The notes: generated from the sequence alone by a model not told the origin. A DNA stretch of 64,000 nt from Halobacteriovoraceae bacterium (GCA_963719505.1 CAVRCF010000001.1:224001-288000), one strand, 5' to 3'; counted from the first letter of the stretch, positions 1 to 15,648 are shown. Program-made: numbers and translations.

Positions 1-528
<528 letters not shown>

Positions 529-568
529 TAATTTATACCTCTAACTAATTTTCTAAGCGATTAGTTGT

Positions 569-4700
<4,132 letters not shown>

Positions 4701-4767
4701 TTGGACTGACTCCTCAGATAAAATATATTTAAAAATAGTTTGTTGTTCTATTTACATGCACAAACGC

Positions 4768-4798
4768 AAAAATGGAAGTGCACAATGTGCACTTCCAT
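4768..4798 (-). terminator. Intrinsic terminator/attenuator between rplL and rpoB
   Basis: Perfect inverted repeat ATGGAAGTGCACA-A-TGTGCACTTCCAT followed by a T run on the minus strand. Confidence 0.75.
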
Positions 4799-4844
4799 GA
4801 ATTTTATTTAACAAGCGATAACGCTTCGTTCCAATTCTTCCGAA

Positions 4845-5206
4845 TTATTTAAGCTCAACTTTTGCACCAGCAGCTTCAAGTTTTTTCTTGATCTCTTCTG
4901 CTTCTTCTTTAGTTGCGCCTTCTTTAAGAGTTTTAGGAGCACTTTCAACGATGTCTTTCGCTTCTTTAAGTCCAAGACCAGTGATTCCTCTTACTTCTTT
5001 AATAACATTGATTTTCTTAGCACCTGCTTCAGCAAGGACTACATCAAATTCAGTTTTTTCTTCTACAGGACCTGCAGCAGCACCACCAGCAACAGCAACA
5101 GGAGCTGCTGATACACCAAATTTCTCTTCTAATTCTTTAACAAGGTTAGCAAGGTCTAAAACAGTCATTCCTGAGATATGGTCAATTAAGTTGTTCGTTG
5201 TTACAT
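4845..5206 (-). CDS. rplL: 50S ribosomal protein L7/L12 (5' end disturbed by indel)
   Basis: [21 protein letters not shown]...[10 protein letters not shown]...[24 protein letters not shown] at 5206 with GGAG RBS is out of frame. Confidence 0.95.
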
Positions 5207-5261
5207 TTTATTCTCCTAAAAATTTATAAAAATGGTTACGTTAAAAAGCTTCAAAGAACTT

Positions 5262-5808
5262 CTATTCAGCAGTTTCCACTGCAGCTTCAACTTTAAGATC
5301 AGCTGGTTTTTCAACACCTTGTGTTTCACACTTCATCTTTAATTGAATTCATTAATCTAGCAAATGCAGATACTGGCGCATTAAATGTAGCAAGTAATGT
5401 TCCTAGCATTTCATCTCTAGATGGTAATTTAGCTAGTTCAGTTACTTGATCAACCTCAAGTAGATTCTGTTCCTAGGTACCCCTTACCAAGAGTAACTTG
5501 TTCCAAGTCTTTGCTGGCGTCAAAAATAGCCTTTGCTACACCTGGAGCATCTTCGAATGCAAAGCAACTGCATTGGTTCCCTTAAGACCTGTCAGTAGTG
5601 CTTCTGCATGCGTTCCTGCTGCAGCCTTACCAAAGAGAGCATTTCTTGTAACAACAATAGTTCCATTTGCATCTCTAACTTTCTTTCTTAGATCTACGGC
5701 AGAGTTTGCGTCGATTCCAATCATGTTCGTTAAGAAAAAGAGCTTTTGATGCTTCAATTTTCTCTTTGAGGTCTTTGATCAGAACGTCTTTTTAGCTCTA
5801 GTCATCAT
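5262..5808 (-). CDS. rplJ: 50S ribosomal protein L10 (multiple apparent frameshifts)
   Basis: Fragments LRKKVRDANGTIVVTRNALF...LKGTNAVA and ELAKLPSRDEMLGTLLATFNAP; position between rplA and rplL. Confidence 0.9.
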
Positions 5809-5814
5809 AATGTG

Positions 5815-5900
5815 ATTCCTCCTGTGTTAATATTGGAGGGGGATTTCGACAGGCTTTACTACGTCTTTTTAAGGACGAACCGGCTTTCATCAACCCCTAT
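5815..5900 (-). promoter_or_regulatory. Probable L10 leader (rplJL autoregulatory RNA)
   Basis: Locally GC-richer, self-complementary intergenic stretch directly upstream of rplJ, the expected position of this element; fold not computed. Confidence 0.5.
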
Positions 5901-5907
5901 ACTTTGT

Positions 5908-6612
5908 TTATTTTAAAACTGTAACGATATCGTTAGTGTCTAGCTTTATACCAGGACCCATTGACGTGCTAATAACAATTGATTTGATATAGTGTACCTT
6001 TTGCACTTGCTGGCTTCGCTCTAAGATTGCACCCGCGATAGCTTTGAAGTTTTCAATAAGTTGTTCATTTTCGAAAGATTTCTTTCCAAAAGGAACATGA
6101 ACAATACCAGTTTTTTCAGTTCTATATTCAACCTTACCAGCTTTTTGCTCAGAAACTGCTTTTTCAACATCAGTTGTAACAGTACCAAGTTTTGGGTTAG
6201 GCATAAGACCACGTGGCCCTAGAATTCTTGCAATTCTACCAATTTTCCCCATCATATCCGGAGTCGCGATAACTCTATCAAACTCCATCCATCCACCTTG
6301 GATTTTTTGGATAATATCGTCACCACCAACAAGGTCAGCTCCAGCTGCTTCAGCTTTTGCAATGTTCTCACCAGAAGTGATAACAACAACGTTTACTTTT
6401 TTACCAGTTCCAGCAGGCATAACAATTGCACCTCTGATCATTTGGTCAGCGTGTCTTGGATCAACTCCAAGTCTGAATGCAACATCAAATGTTTCATCAA
6501 ATTTTGCAAATGCTGCATCTTTAGCAAGGTCGATAACCTTCATTGACATTGTAAAGTTTTTTGCTTCTACTTTTGCCCATGCTTCTTTTCTTTTATCATT
6601 ATTTTTTTTCAT
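5908..6612 (-). CDS. rplA: 50S ribosomal protein L1
   Basis: AKFDETFDVAFRLGVDPRHADQMIRG, ILGPRGLMPNPKLGTVT, STSMGPGIK; short local frame disturbances likely. Confidence 0.96.
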   Translation of the reverse strand: MKKNNDKRKEAWAKVEAKNFTMSMKVIDLAKDAAFAKFDETFDVAFRLGVDPRHADQMIRGAIVMPAGTGKKVNVVVITSGENIAKAEAAGADLVGGDDIIQKIQGGWMEFDRVIATPDMMGKIGRIARILGPRGLMPNPKLGTVTTDVEKAVSEQKAGKVEYRTEKTGIVHVPFGKKSFENEQLIENFKAIAGAILERSQQVQKVHYIKSIVISTSMGPGIKLDTNDIVTVLK

Positions 6613-6669
6613 TTATTCCTCCAAATCGGTAGTAGCGACTCTCAGTCTCCCGATTATGCTTCAAACTCT

Positions 6670-7095
6670 TTATAGTCTAGTTTTAATCCTGCAGATCGAA
6701 CTGAACCTTCAATCGTTCTTTTTGCAGCATCAATATCAGCAGCTGTTAAGTCTGGCATTTTTGCCTTTGCAATATCTTCCACTTGTTTCTCAGAAACTGT
6801 TCCAGCTACTTCGATGCCCTGGCTTATTTGCAAAAGACTTCATTTTAAGAGCTTTCTTTAACATAAAAGCTAGCCGGAGGAGTTTTTGTGATAAATGTAA
6901 AAGATCTGTCAGAATAAACAGTGATGATTGTTGGAAATACTGTTCCCGCATCTTTTTGAGTTCTTGCATTGAATGCTTTACAGAATTCCATAATGTTTAC
7001 ACCTTTTTGTCCAAGAGCTGGACCAATTGGAGGTGCTGGGTTTGCTTTACCGCTTCAATTTGAAGTTTAATAAAACCTGTTACTTTTTTTGCCAT
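6670..7095 (-). CDS. rplK: 50S ribosomal protein L11 (apparent frameshifts)
   Basis: Starts [12 protein letters not shown]; fragment [29 protein letters not shown]; between nusG and rplA. Confidence 0.92.
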
Positions 7096-7166
7096 AGTTA
7101 TTCTCCTCGGTTCAAACGACTTTTACGTCTCCCGTATAGTTTTAAGTCTTCCCTTGCGGGAATTTA

Positions 7167-7824
7167 TTATGCTTTTTCTACTTGAGTATCATCTAAGCTC
7201 AACTGGAGTTGGACGACCAAAAATCGATACGTTTACTTTTAGTTTTCCGTTCGCATTAACGGCTTCAACAGTTACCAACAAAAGATGCGAAAGGTCCTTC
7301 GATAACTTTAACAGAGTCACCAGCAGATGAAAATCGTGCTTGAACTCTAGATTTCTTAGTACCATCAACTTTAATCCAATCATATTAGCTGCTTCATCGT
7401 CTGATATTGGAGTAGGAGTGCCTCTTATCGTTCCACCGATAAAACCAGTGATTTTATCTGTGTCTTTAACTAGGTGCCAAGTGCCTTTTCTTCATATGCA
7501 TTCTTACGAGAACATATCCTGGAAAGATTTCTTTTTAATATTTCTTTTCTTTCCATTAACATTTGTAACTACTTGCTCTTCTGGAACAACAATATCAGCG
7601 AAGTATTCTGTCATGTTATGGTTTAAGATTCTTTCTTTAAGTGTTTTTGTAACTCTATTTTCAAATCCACTTAGAGCGTGAGCGATATACCATTTGAAGT
7701 CTTCTGTATCGCCTTTTGCAAGACCATTATCTTCAACATCTGTTTCTTCTGGAGTTGCTGCTACCGCTTTAACTTCTGAAGCTACATCAGCCGCCTCTAC
7801 TTCATTTTTATTATCTTCGTTCAT
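7167..7824 (-). CDS. nusG: Transcription termination/antitermination factor NusG (apparent frameshifts)
   Basis: KWYIAHALSGFENRV in 7504-7824 and C-terminal KLKVNVSIFGRPTPVEL. Confidence 0.93.
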
Positions 7825-7865
7825 TAAAGAATCCTCGTATGTTTTAGCTATACGTTTTAATTAAT

Positions 7866-8255
7866 TTATTTAGCAATTAAGCTTAGTAACCAACTTGCAC
7901 CTAGGTCAAAAAATCCTAAGAGAAAGCCTATTACAGTAACTCCAATCATGATAACGATTGTATGTTTTACTGTTTCGTTTTTATCAGGCCAAACAACCTT
8001 TATAGCTTCTTGATAAACCTCTGTTAGAAAGTTAGAAGTCTTAGGAGTTTTCATAATATAAACAAAGACACCGAAGGCGATCAAAACAGACAACGCCTGT
8101 GAGATAGCTGTATAATTAGTTATCTTTGACTCAAGCTCAAACCATTCGCTTAAAGTTGAGAAGAAACTCATTAGTACGTATCCGACAACCATACATGTAA
8201 TTGCAACACTTGATTGAATCCACTTTCTGCCGTCGTTATTATTTGCCAATGACAT
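7866..8255 (-). CDS. secE: Preprotein translocase subunit SecE (3-TM type)
   Basis: FLTEVYQEAIKVVWPDKNET motif; between tRNA-Trp and nusG; AAGGTG RBS before ATG 8255. Confidence 0.93.
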   Translation of the reverse strand: MSLANNNDGRKWIQSSVAITCMVVGYVLMSFFSTLSEWFELESKITNYTAISQALSVLIAFGVFVYIMKTPKTSNFLTEVYQEAIKVVWPDKNETVKHTIVIMIGVTVIGFLLGFFDLGASWLLSLIAK

Positions 8256-8426
8256 ATTTATCACCTTTTATTAATCATTTTTTTCGCATAAAAATTGAGT
8301 TCACAATATATGCGAAATAAAACAAGTTTTGTCTATAAGAAAAGTATTTTTATAATAAATAATGGGAATTGAATAGTATTTTCTTGTGATGGTTTATTGC
8401 GCACAATGCAATAAAAACGTATTAAG

Positions 8427-8502
8427 TGGCGGGCGCAGAGGGATTCGAACCCCCAACCTACTGATTTGGAATCAGCCGCTCTACCGTTGGAGCTATACGC
8501 CC
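8427..8502 (-). tRNA. tRNA-Trp (CCA)
   Basis: Cloverleaf GGGCGTA...CTGATTCCAAATCAG...GGTTCGAATCC...TGCGCCCGCCA. Confidence 0.96.
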
Positions 8503-8510
8503 ATTTTTTT

Positions 8511-8541
8511 AAAAAAAAGGACCGGCATTAACCGGTCCTTA
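8511..8541 (-). terminator. Hairpin/terminator after tuf
   Basis: AAGGACCGG-N-CCGGTCCTT stem with a T run on the minus strand. Confidence 0.65.
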
Positions 8542-8564
8542 ATTTTATATTTAAGTATTATTTA

Positions 8565-9757
8565 TTAGTCTACAATTTCAGATACTGTACCAGCACCAAT
8601 TGTTCTACCACCCTCACGGATTGCAAAACGAAGACCTTTCTCCATTGCGATGTTAGTGATTAACTCAACGTCAAATGCAGTGTTATCACCTGGCATGATC
8701 ATTTCTGTTCCTGCAGGAAGAGTGATTGCTCCAGTAACGTCTGTTGTTCTGAAATAAAATTGTGGTCTGTATCCTTTAAAGATTGGAGTGTGTCTTCCAC
8801 CCTCTTCTTTAGTTAGGATATAAACTTCACACTTAAATTTAGCTATGTGGCTTAACTGTACCTGGCTTAATTAAACATTGACCACGCTCAATATCTTCTC
8901 TCTTAATACCTCTTAAAAGAAGACCAACGTTATCTCCTGCTTCACCTCTATCAAGAAGTTTTCTGAACATCTCAACACCAGTTACAACTGTTTTTTGAAG
9001 AGTCTTTAATACCGATGATATCAACTTCTTCTCAACCTTAACGATCCCTCTTTCAATACGACCTGTAACAACTGTACCACGTCCAGAGATAGAGAAAACG
9101 TCCTCTACTGGCATTAAGAAATCTTTCTCAACATCTCTTTTAGGAGTTGGGATATACTCATCAACTCCAGCCATTAGCTCAAGAACTTTATCTCTACCAA
9201 TTTCTGGCGTCTTTATCTTCCATTGCAGCAAGAGCTGAACCAGCTACGATTGGAGTATCGTCACCAGGGAAATCATAAGAAGAAAGTAATTCTCTGATCT
9301 CCATTTCTACTAGCTCAAGAAGTTCTTCATCATCAACTTGATCAACTTTGTTTAAAAATACAACGATCGCTGGAACGCCAACCTGACGAGCAAGAAGGAT
9401 ATGCTCTCTAGTTTGTGGCATAGGACCATCTGCAGCTGAACATACAAGAATTGCACCATCCATCTGAGCAGCACCTGTAATCATGTTCTTTACATAATCG
9501 GCGTGACCTGGACAATCTACGTGAGCGTAATGTCTGTTCAGCTGTTTCATACTCAATGTGAGAAGTATTAATTGTAATCCCTCTCGCTTTTTCTTCTGGA
9601 GCTGAATCGATCTCGTCGAATCTACTTGCTACTCACCCAGAGCTTCTGCAAGAGTTTTAGAAATTGCAGCTGTTAATGTTGTTTTACCGTGATCTACGTG
9701 ACCGATCGTTCCGATGTTTACGTGCGGTTTACTACGATCAAATTTTTCCTTAGCCAT
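8565..9757 (-). CDS. tuf: Elongation factor Tu (apparent frameshifts)
   Basis: [26 protein letters not shown] start, [44 protein letters not shown]-terminal [13 protein letters not shown]. Confidence 0.97.
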
Positions 9758-9949
9758 AATATACTCCTTACAAATATTTTTTGCAATTTAGGCGTTAATA
9801 CTATTTAACTTAAATTAAACAATTTTAATGTCACCGAGTATGCTTTAAGCATTCTCAACTGACAATTATTTTTTGCTCTATTTTTTAAAATTATTCTAAA
9901 TAAAACAAACTCTATCTTAATAATCTTTTTTCATAACACAGTTTAAAAC

Positions 9950-10024
9950 TGGAGCTCTCGACGAGATTTGAACTCGTGGCCTCTTCCTTACCAAGGAAGC
10001 GCTCTACCCCTGAGCTACGAGAGC
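9950..10024 (-). tRNA. tRNA-Thr (GGT)
   Basis: GCTCTCG acceptor, anticodon arm CTTCC-TTGGTAA-GGAAG, CCA end. Confidence 0.95.
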
Positions 10025-10186
10025 GTAAAGCCATTTCACTTTTTTTATTTATAAACAAAAAGCTCTTGATAGTAAACACTTATTAGGTGGATAGTAACAG
10101 GGTTTATTTTCGGATATAATGCTTAAAAAATGAAGTCTTATTTTTTGCCTACCGGTCTATGACCTGAAGCGCTATTTAAAAGAAAA

Positions 10187-10262
10187 TGGAGCGGGCGAAG
10201 AGGCTCGAACTCACGACCCCAAGCTTGGAAGGCTTGTGCTCTACCAACTGAGCTACACCCGC
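10187..10262 (-). tRNA. tRNA-Gly (TCC)
   Basis: GCGGGTG acceptor, anticodon loop CTTCCAA, CCA end. Confidence 0.95.
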
Positions 10263-10300
10263 TTATTATTTGGTAATCATCATCAATTTGAAAACCTGAG

Positions 10301-10386
10301 TGGTGGCGCGGGCTGGATTCGAACCAGCGAAGGTATACACCGGCAGATTTACAGTCTGCTCCCTTTAGCCACTCGGGAACCACGCC
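10301..10386 (-). tRNA. tRNA-Tyr (GTA)
   Basis: Anticodon arm GCAGA-CTGTAAA-TCTGC, long variable arm, CCA end. Confidence 0.96.
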
Positions 10387-10402
10387 CTTAACTCAAATTT
10401 AG

Positions 10403-10478
10403 TGGAGCAGCTCACAGGAGTCGAACCTGCGACCGTCGGTTTACAAAACCGATGCTCTACCAACTGAGCTAGAGCAGC
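10403..10478 (-). tRNA. tRNA-Thr (TGT)
   Basis: Anticodon arm TCGGT-TTTGTAA-ACCGA, CCA end; canonical Thr-Tyr-Gly-Thr-tuf order. Confidence 0.94.
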
Positions 10479-10569
10479 CCAAAAAGCCATCTTCTTCAAT
10501 TGATGAGAGTAATTTTATAATTGGTAAGGATAATAAATGCAAGTTTTTTTTACAAAAAAAATAACATTT

Positions 10570-11346
10570 CTATTTTTTAGAAAAACATTTCTCCATAGAA
10601 ATAGCAGCGGCGACAGAAACATTTAACGACCGCGTTGCCCCCTGAGGAATAAGAGCAAGTTGATGCTTAATATTTCTAAGAACAGCGTGAGATATTCCCG
10701 TCTCTTCTTTACCCAAGACAAGGCAGGTTCCAAGTTTAGCCGAAGCAAGAATTTCCTCTGTAATCGGAGAATCAACATGCTCAGTCAAACCGATGCAAGT
10801 AACGCCTTTTTTCGTCAAAGTAGAAATCACTTTTGAGAGGTTACTCACTTGAACGATTTTTATAGACTCTGTTGCTCCAGAGGCAATTCTGTAAAAAGAA
10901 GGAGAGAAGCCAAATGATTTTTTCCCAGGAAGAACCACGATATCGATACCATAAAAGCTTGCGGTTCTTAGGATCGCAGCACCGTTGTGCACATCTGTAA
11001 CCTGATCGAGGCAAAGAATTTTTAAATCATCTTTCATTGAAATTTCTTCGTACAACCAATTGTTGTCATAAGTTTCAATGGGGCTTGTCACTATAAAGAC
11101 GCCCGAGGGAATCCTTGTAAAGTCCGCATCTAGGGTCTTGAAGTACTCTTTGCCTTTTTCCTGAAGGGCGTGTGGCTCTAGAAAAGTCTTGTTGAGATCT
11201 GAGAATTCTTTTTGAGTAACATCGGTGCGTTTAAGTAAATCTTTTTTCCCTTCTTCCGTTAGGTAAATTGAATGAACAACTCTATTTGGATTCTTTATTG
11301 CTGCTGCAATACTGTGAACCCCAACAATAACATCAAACTCTTCCAT
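10570..11346 (-). CDS. TrmH/SpoU-family rRNA 2'-O-methyltransferase (RlmB-like)
   Basis: LDQVTDVHNGAAILRTA, LVLGKEETGIS, SLNVSVAAAI SPOUT motifs. Confidence 0.9.
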   Translation of the reverse strand: MEEFDVIVGVHSIAAAIKNPNRVVHSIYLTEEGKKDLLKRTDVTQKEFSDLNKTFLEPHALQEKGKEYFKTLDADFTRIPSGVFIVTSPIETYDNNWLYEEISMKDDLKILCLDQVTDVHNGAAILRTASFYGIDIVVLPGKKSFGFSPSFYRIASGATESIKIVQVSNLSKVISTLTKKGVTCIGLTEHVDSPITEEILASAKLGTCLVLGKEETGISHAVLRNIKHQLALIPQGATRSLNVSVAAAISMEKCFSKK

Positions 11347-13074
11347 TTATTTTCCTAACTGCGAAAGCAGTTCCTTAATTTTTGTTTCTAAGTCACTTTG
11401 TTTGACTTTAAATACTTCGCCTGTAGAGCGAACTTTTAATTCAAACTCTCCGGTGGCTTCAAAGTCTCTCTCTCCGAGAGTTATTCTAATTGGGAGTCCC
11501 AAAAGATCAGCATCTTTGAACATTGGTCCTGGCCCCATACCTCGATCATCAAAAAGCACATCTATTCCACATGATTTCAGCTGACCATAGACTTTTTCAC
11601 TCAAAATTTTAGTTTCTTCTTTTTTACCGATGACTGCGAAATAGACATCAAACGGCGCAATAGCCGCTGGCCAGATAATTCCATTCTCATCATTTTTTTG
11701 CTCAATTGCTGCGGCCATTGTTCGAGAGATACCAATACCATAGCACCCCATCAACGGGATTTGTTTCTTCCCATTTTGATCAAGAACAGTGGCCTTCATT
11801 GATTTTGTATACTTGTCCCCAAGTTGAAAGATATGCCCAACTTCGATACCTTTTTTAAATTCAACTTTGGTTTTTCCATCGTGAGCGTAGTCACCAATTT
11901 TTGCTAGGCGAACGTCAGCGATCTTTCTTTTTGTCGTATCCCTTGAGGGCACAAAACCATCAACGTGGTAATTTTCTTTATTAGCTCCCACAATAAAAGA
12001 TTTTTCGATATCAATTTCTGAATCAAAGATAACACTAATTTTTTCATCAACTCCAAGTGGGCTCATATATCCCTTAGGAAGGTTTAACGCCTTGAGAGTC
12101 TCTTCACTAGCGATATTTACCTCATCCGCTTTGAGGGCATTTTGAAGCTTCACTTCATTTAAGTCATCATCACCCAAAAGCATAACCATATAGTGAACTT
12201 CTTTAGCTCCATATTTTGCGGTCAAAACTAAAGTCTTTAGACTTTGATGCAGGGGCAGTTCTAGGCTTTCACAGACTTCTTTACAGGTCTGGAGTCCTTT
12301 GGTTTCAAGCTCTTTAAGCTCTTTAGCCTGGGCAAAAGAGAGAGGTCCGCGGCTAGTCTGTGCTTTTTCGATATTGGCAGCATAACCAATTGAGGGTGCA
12401 ACCACGACGACGTCTTCACCGTTATCTGCAACAACCTGAAACTCATGAGTCTTTGAATCGACGCTTCCCATCGCTCCGGCATCAGCTTCTACGATGATAT
12501 GCTCAAGCCCCATACGGGTAAATATATTTGAATACGCTTGATAAAAAAGCTCGTATTCTTTATCCATAGATTCTTTATCCATGGAAAAGGTATAGGCATC
12601 TTTCATGATAAATTCACGCCCACGCATTAACCCAAAACGGGGACGGATTTCATCTCTAAACTTTGTGTTAATTTGGTAAAGAGAAACGGGGAGATTTTTA
12701 TATGACGTTACCGTTTTTTTAAAGATATTTGTAATCGTCTCTTCATTTGTAGGGCTGAGGCAGAAGTCCGCATTTTTACGATCAACAAAACGAAGCATCT
12801 CAAGTCCCATGGTCTCCCACCGTCCAGACTCTTTCCAAACTTCACTTGGAGTAACCATATTCATAAGAAGTTCTTGTGAATCGATAGCGTTTAGTTCTTC
12901 TCGAACGATAGTTTTTATTTTTTCAAGGACTCTTACGGCCATAGGAAGGTAGGAATAAATTCCACCAGCTTCTTTTTGAATAAAGCCTGCTCGCATAAGA
13001 AGCTTATGAGAGGTAACTTCAGCATCAGACGGGACTTCTTTATAAGTCTGCCAAAAGCTTTTAGATAATTTCAT
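11347..13074 (-). CDS. proS: Proline--tRNA ligase (with editing insertion)
   Basis: SHKLLMRAGFI, PTNEE, KFRDEIRPRFGLMRGREFIMKDAY, IEVGHIFQLG, MGCYGIG. Confidence 0.98.
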   Translation of the reverse strand: MKLSKSFWQTYKEVPSDAEVTSHKLLMRAGFIQKEAGGIYSYLPMAVRVLEKIKTIVREELNAIDSQELLMNMVTPSEVWKESGRWETMGLEMLRFVDRKNADFCLSPTNEETITNIFKKTVTSYKNLPVSLYQINTKFRDEIRPRFGLMRGREFIMKDAYTFSMDKESMDKEYELFYQAYSNIFTRMGLEHIIVEADAGAMGSVDSKTHEFQVVADNGEDVVVVAPSIGYAANIEKAQTSRGPLSFAQAKELKELETKGLQTCKEVCESLELPLHQSLKTLVLTAKYGAKEVHYMVMLLGDDDLNEVKLQNALKADEVNIASEETLKALNLPKGYMSPLGVDEKISVIFDSEIDIEKSFIVGANKENYHVDGFVPSRDTTKRKIADVRLAKIGDYAHDGKTKVEFKKGIEVGHIFQLGDKYTKSMKATVLDQNGKKQIPLMGCYGIGISRTMAAAIEQKNDENGIIWPAAIAPFDVYFAVIGKKEETKILSEKVYGQLKSCGIDVLFDDRGMGPGPMFKDADLLGLPIRITLGERDFEATGEFELKVRSTGEVFKVKQSDLETKIKELLSQLGK

Positions 13075-13083
13075 TTGAATGCC

Positions 13084-13467
13084 TTATTTGAATAAACTGT
13101 TGGTGTCGATATCTTTTGTTTCTACAAACATTTCCATCACACAATCTTCTGCTAGATCAGCTCCAACAGTAACGATAAGCCCTGAAGACTGTTTTATATC
13201 GATAAGCTTGATGTCTGAAATTGACTCTCCATCGTTACAATATTCAGAGATATCAAATTTTAAAAGTTCAACTTTAATCATGGGAAGTGACATAACTTCT
13301 ACCAATTCTATTTTAGAGTTTATAGGCAGATTAAGTTTATAACCTTCCTTCTCCAAAGAAATAGCTCTGTCGGTTGTGTACTTTTTATTTTTTTCAAGAT
13401 CTGACCACTTTGACATAGCAAAACTAGCAGTAGAGAAAAGCATAAGTAGCATTAAAAATTGCTTCAT
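13084..13467 (-). CDS. Exported hypothetical protein
   Basis: Signal peptide MKQFLMLLMLFSTASFA; no recognisable domain. Confidence 0.75.
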   Translation of the reverse strand: MKQFLMLLMLFSTASFAMSKWSDLEKNKKYTTDRAISLEKEGYKLNLPINSKIELVEVMSLPMIKVELLKFDISEYCNDGESISDIKLIDIKQSSGLIVTVGADLAEDCVMEMFVETKDIDTNSLFK

Positions 13468-13527
13468 TGGAAACCCCATAATTATAAAATATGGGGTTTT
13501 CTACACTAAAAAGAGATAATTGAAAAG

Positions 13528-14445
13528 CTAGTTTGTAACACTTATCATGTGCGGTAGTCTGTGGGCCTCTTGTACCTCTGCAGTCAAAGAGGTCGCGGAG
13601 ACTATTTCATAACATGATTGTGTTTCTAGTATCTTACGGCATAAAAGATTGTGTAAGTGATGCCCAGACTTATAGGTTGTAATTTTCCCTGCGATCTCGT
13701 AGCCCATCAAAGAAATATCACCAATGGTGTCGAGGATTTTATGACGAACAAATTCATCAGCAAAACGCAGTCCCTCAGGGTTGATAACTTTAAAATCATC
13801 TAAAACGACAGCATTGTCTAAAGATCCACCTTGAACAAGTCCTTTTCGTTTTAGCATATCAACATCTCTCAACATACCAAAAGTACGGGCTCGGCTAATA
13901 TTGTTGATGAAATTTTCACAGCTAAACTCAAATGTTTCTCTTTGAGTTTTAATCGCCGGATGTGCAAAGACTATCGTTGAATCAATAATGAGGTTTTTAG
14001 CAGGCTCAATCTGTGCCCATTTTCCATCGTGCTCCACACGGACCGTGTCCGTTATCACCATGAATTTTTTTGTTTTATTTAAATTTTGAACACCTGTCTC
14101 TTTGAGGATGAAAACAAATGATGCTCCAGAGCCATCCATAATAGGGACTTCAGGACCATCGATCTCGCAGTAAACATTATCAATGCCCAAACCATAAAGA
14201 GCAGCAAGAAGATGTTCAACAGTATGAATGGCCTCTTTTCCAGCTCCAAGAGTTGTATTATTATCAGTAGCACCAACACTTGTCGCGTTCGCCTTTTGAT
14301 CTTTTGAATCTTTAATATCCACTCGTCTAAAAATAATACCCGTATTTGCTTCAGCTGGGTGGAGTTTCAATTTTACTTTTTTCCCTGAGTGAAGTCCTAT
14401 TCCTGTGACTTGCACCTCTTTAGCGAGGGTTCTTTGGTAAATCAT
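13528..14445 (-). CDS. lpxC: UDP-3-O-acyl-N-acetylglucosamine deacetylase
   Basis: QRTL...GIGLHSG, TVEHLLAAL, EVPIMDGS, EFVRHKILD. Confidence 0.98.
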   Translation of the reverse strand: MIYQRTLAKEVQVTGIGLHSGKKVKLKLHPAEANTGIIFRRVDIKDSKDQKANATSVGATDNNTTLGAGKEAIHTVEHLLAALYGLGIDNVYCEIDGPEVPIMDGSGASFVFILKETGVQNLNKTKKFMVITDTVRVEHDGKWAQIEPAKNLIIDSTIVFAHPAIKTQRETFEFSCENFINNISRARTFGMLRDVDMLKRKGLVQGGSLDNAVVLDDFKVINPEGLRFADEFVRHKILDTIGDISLMGYEIAGKITTYKSGHHLHNLLCRKILETQSCYEIVSATSLTAEVQEAHRLPHMISVTN

Positions 14446-14650
14446 TATATTGTCCTTTAGGCACGTACCCTAAATCTTCCTTGTTTTTGCACTACGTGTC
14501 TTATAATTATAAACTAATTTTATTAAAAAACACGAATGAAAAATTAGGGCAATTTTATCAATTATTAAACGTAAATAGTCAACTATTTGTGCTATTTTGT
14601 AATAATTACAAAGGGATAGGCTACATAAGGGGCAATTCTTGTGCTTTTAA

Positions 14651-15646
14651 CTACTTGAATTTATTTACATGGGAGATCGATTTTTCCGACAAAGAACGTC
14701 CCCGAGGTGTTCGAAGCAGTAATCCTTCCTTTAAGAGGTAGGGCTCGTACACTTCTTCGATGGTTTGTTTGTCTTCTCCCAAAGTTGCACTCAAGGCATC
14801 AATGCCAACGGGGCCTCCAGAATAGAAGTCATGAATAACCGTTAAAATTTTTCTATCCATTGAGTCTAAGCCCAGCTCATCGATATCCAACAAGACTAAG
14901 GCCTTTGTTACGTCTTCAACTTCTACCACTGAATGGTCTTGTACTAGAGCAAAATCTCTCACTCTTCTCAATATTCTGTTGGCGATCCTAGGTGTCCCTC
15001 GACTTCTTTTCGCAATTTCAAGCTTTGCATTATCGTTTAATTTTATTTTTAATTTTTTAGAATTATTTGCAAGGATTTTAGACAGGTCCTCGGCTTCGTA
15101 GTAGTCAAAGTGAAGATGGGCCATAAATCTATCTCTTAAAGGATTAGAAAGAAGACCGCTTCTTGTTGTTGCACCTATTAAAGTGAAGGGAACTAAATCA
15201 ATTTGCATGGTCCTAGCACTCGCCCCTTGGCCTATAAGGATATCGAGCCTAAAGTCCTCCATAGCTGAATAGAGAATTTCTTCAACTGAGATATTCATTC
15301 GGTGAATTTCATCGATAAAGAGAATATCTTGGGGAGCGATATTAGTGAGAACTGCTGCGAGGTCACCTTTTTTTTCTATGGCCGGCCCACTGACGACATG
15401 TAACTCACTTCCAATGGCGTCAGCAATGATCATCGCAAGACTGGTTTTTCCCAGACCTGGAGGTCCCGATAAAAGAACGTGGTCCATCGCTGCGTTTCTT
15501 TTGAGAGCGGACTTAACCATAAGATCAATATTTTCGACGACACGTCTTTGGCCTATGTACTCAGTAAAGTCATTAGGCCTTAATTTAGCATCGTGAACGG
15601 CATCGTGTTTTTTATTTTGATTGGTTAAAAATCTTTCATCACTCAT
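14651..15646 (-). CDS. ruvB: Holliday junction branch migration helicase RuvB
   Basis: LRP...GPPGLGKT, LFIDEIHR, GATTRSG, RGTPRIANR, RTPRGR. Confidence 0.98.
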   Translation of the reverse strand: MSDERFLTNQNKKHDAVHDAKLRPNDFTEYIGQRRVVENIDLMVKSALKRNAAMDHVLLSGPPGLGKTSLAMIIADAIGSELHVVSGPAIEKKGDLAAVLTNIAPQDILFIDEIHRMNISVEEILYSAMEDFRLDILIGQGASARTMQIDLVPFTLIGATTRSGLLSNPLRDRFMAHLHFDYYEAEDLSKILANNSKKLKIKLNDNAKLEIAKRSRGTPRIANRILRRVRDFALVQDHSVVEVEDVTKALVLLDIDELGLDSMDRKILTVIHDFYSGGPVGIDALSATLGEDKQTIEEVYEPYLLKEGLLLRTPRGRSLSEKSISHVNKFK

Positions 15647-15648
15647 AT

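Noticed and set aside
6362-7063. Long antisense ORFs (e.g. 6362-7063, 4888-5229) as hidden genes
   Set aside because: They are shadows of conserved, codon-biased genes on the opposite strand, with no RBS or motifs.
10187-10478. Stem mismatches in tRNA-Thr(TGT) (U3:U70) and tRNA-Gly T-stem as editing targets
   Set aside because: They lie in the error-prone part of the assembly, and single mismatches are tolerated in tRNAs.
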